A stretch of DNA of 20,000 bases, taken from NCBI GenBank assembly GCA_009602735.1, contig WELA01001210.1, forward strand, positions 58,978-78,977, written 5' to 3'. The notes beneath the pieces were generated by a model that did not search any database, was not told where the DNA came from, and worked only from the letters and a program-made list of their open reading frames with translations. Below are positions 19,320 to 20,000 of the stretch, piece by piece; position 1 is the first letter of the stretch, and each line of letters starts with the position of its first letter. This DNA is from Mesotaenium endlicherianum (taxonomy: Eukaryota). The translations under genes were made by a program, and so were the position numbers.

Positions 19320-20000
19320 NNNNNNNNNNNNNNNNNNNNNNNNNNNNNNNNNNNNNNNNNNNNNNNNNNNNNNNNNNNNNNNNNNNNNNNNNNNNNNNNN
19401 NNNNNNNNNNNNNNNNNNNNNNNNNNNNNNNNNNNNNNNNNNNNNNNNNNNNNNNNNNNNNNNNNNNNNNNNNNNNNNNNNNNNNNNNNNNNNNNNNNNN
19501 NNNNNNNNNNNNNNNNNNNNNNNNNNNNNNNNNNNNNGGCGCGGGGGCGGGGGCGGGGGCGAGGGAGGGGGGGAGGGAAGGGGAGCGAGAGGGAGGGAGG
19601 GAGGGAGGGAGGGAGGGAGGGGGAAAGAGAGAATAAAATCACACCACATTGAGCTGGTTTGATGCCCGAAGTGTTCTAAGCCCAACAGAAGTTGTGTGAG
19701 AGGTGTGCTCAGCTGATCTACTATGCTTTCCCTCCAGGGCTGAGGTCAGTTATTTCATAAGCCAACAGACAACACTTGCACACCAAGCAGGAGGGAAAAA
19801 TGGGTCCCAAGGAACCTGCCTTCAAGCGAGACACAGATCCGAACGACCATTGAAACTGCGCTTGCCAGCAAGAACTTTCACAAGCTTAATGTCGTCAACA
19901 AAGCGGCAAGTAAACGTATGATTTTGTGTTTCAGCTTAAATATATCAAGATGTGCACATGCTCTGCTTTGTTACCTGATTATCCCCCCCCCCCGCCCCCG

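Overview
Eukaryotic nuclear DNA from a gapped draft assembly. A GC-rich green plant or streptophyte alga is inferred from the plastid-type gene, GC-rich exons and repeat-filled introns. Bases 1-7044 are a nest of Ty3/gypsy LTR retrotransposons: an apparently intact copy A (gag plus pol in the -1 frame), a same-family LTR in the opposite orientation, and a decayed, internally deleted copy B interrupted by an unrelated 699-bp solo LTR with a CATAT target-site duplication. Bases ~7045-9160 are unassigned. Bases 9164-17787 (+) hold a 7-exon, 589-aa pheophorbide a oxygenase (PAO/PTC52/TIC55 family) Rieske gene, reconstructed by hand with consistent GT-AG phases. Its intron 2 carries a ~0.85-kb mitochondrial insertion (nad7 3' end, spacer, probable rps10 start). 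The last exon of a convergent small membrane-protein gene lies at 19044-19232. I found no clearly new biological system. The best leads are the mitochondrial insertion with two Leu-to-Ser codons at editing-like positions, a duplicated splice acceptor, a W-box cluster and the unusual retroelement signals.
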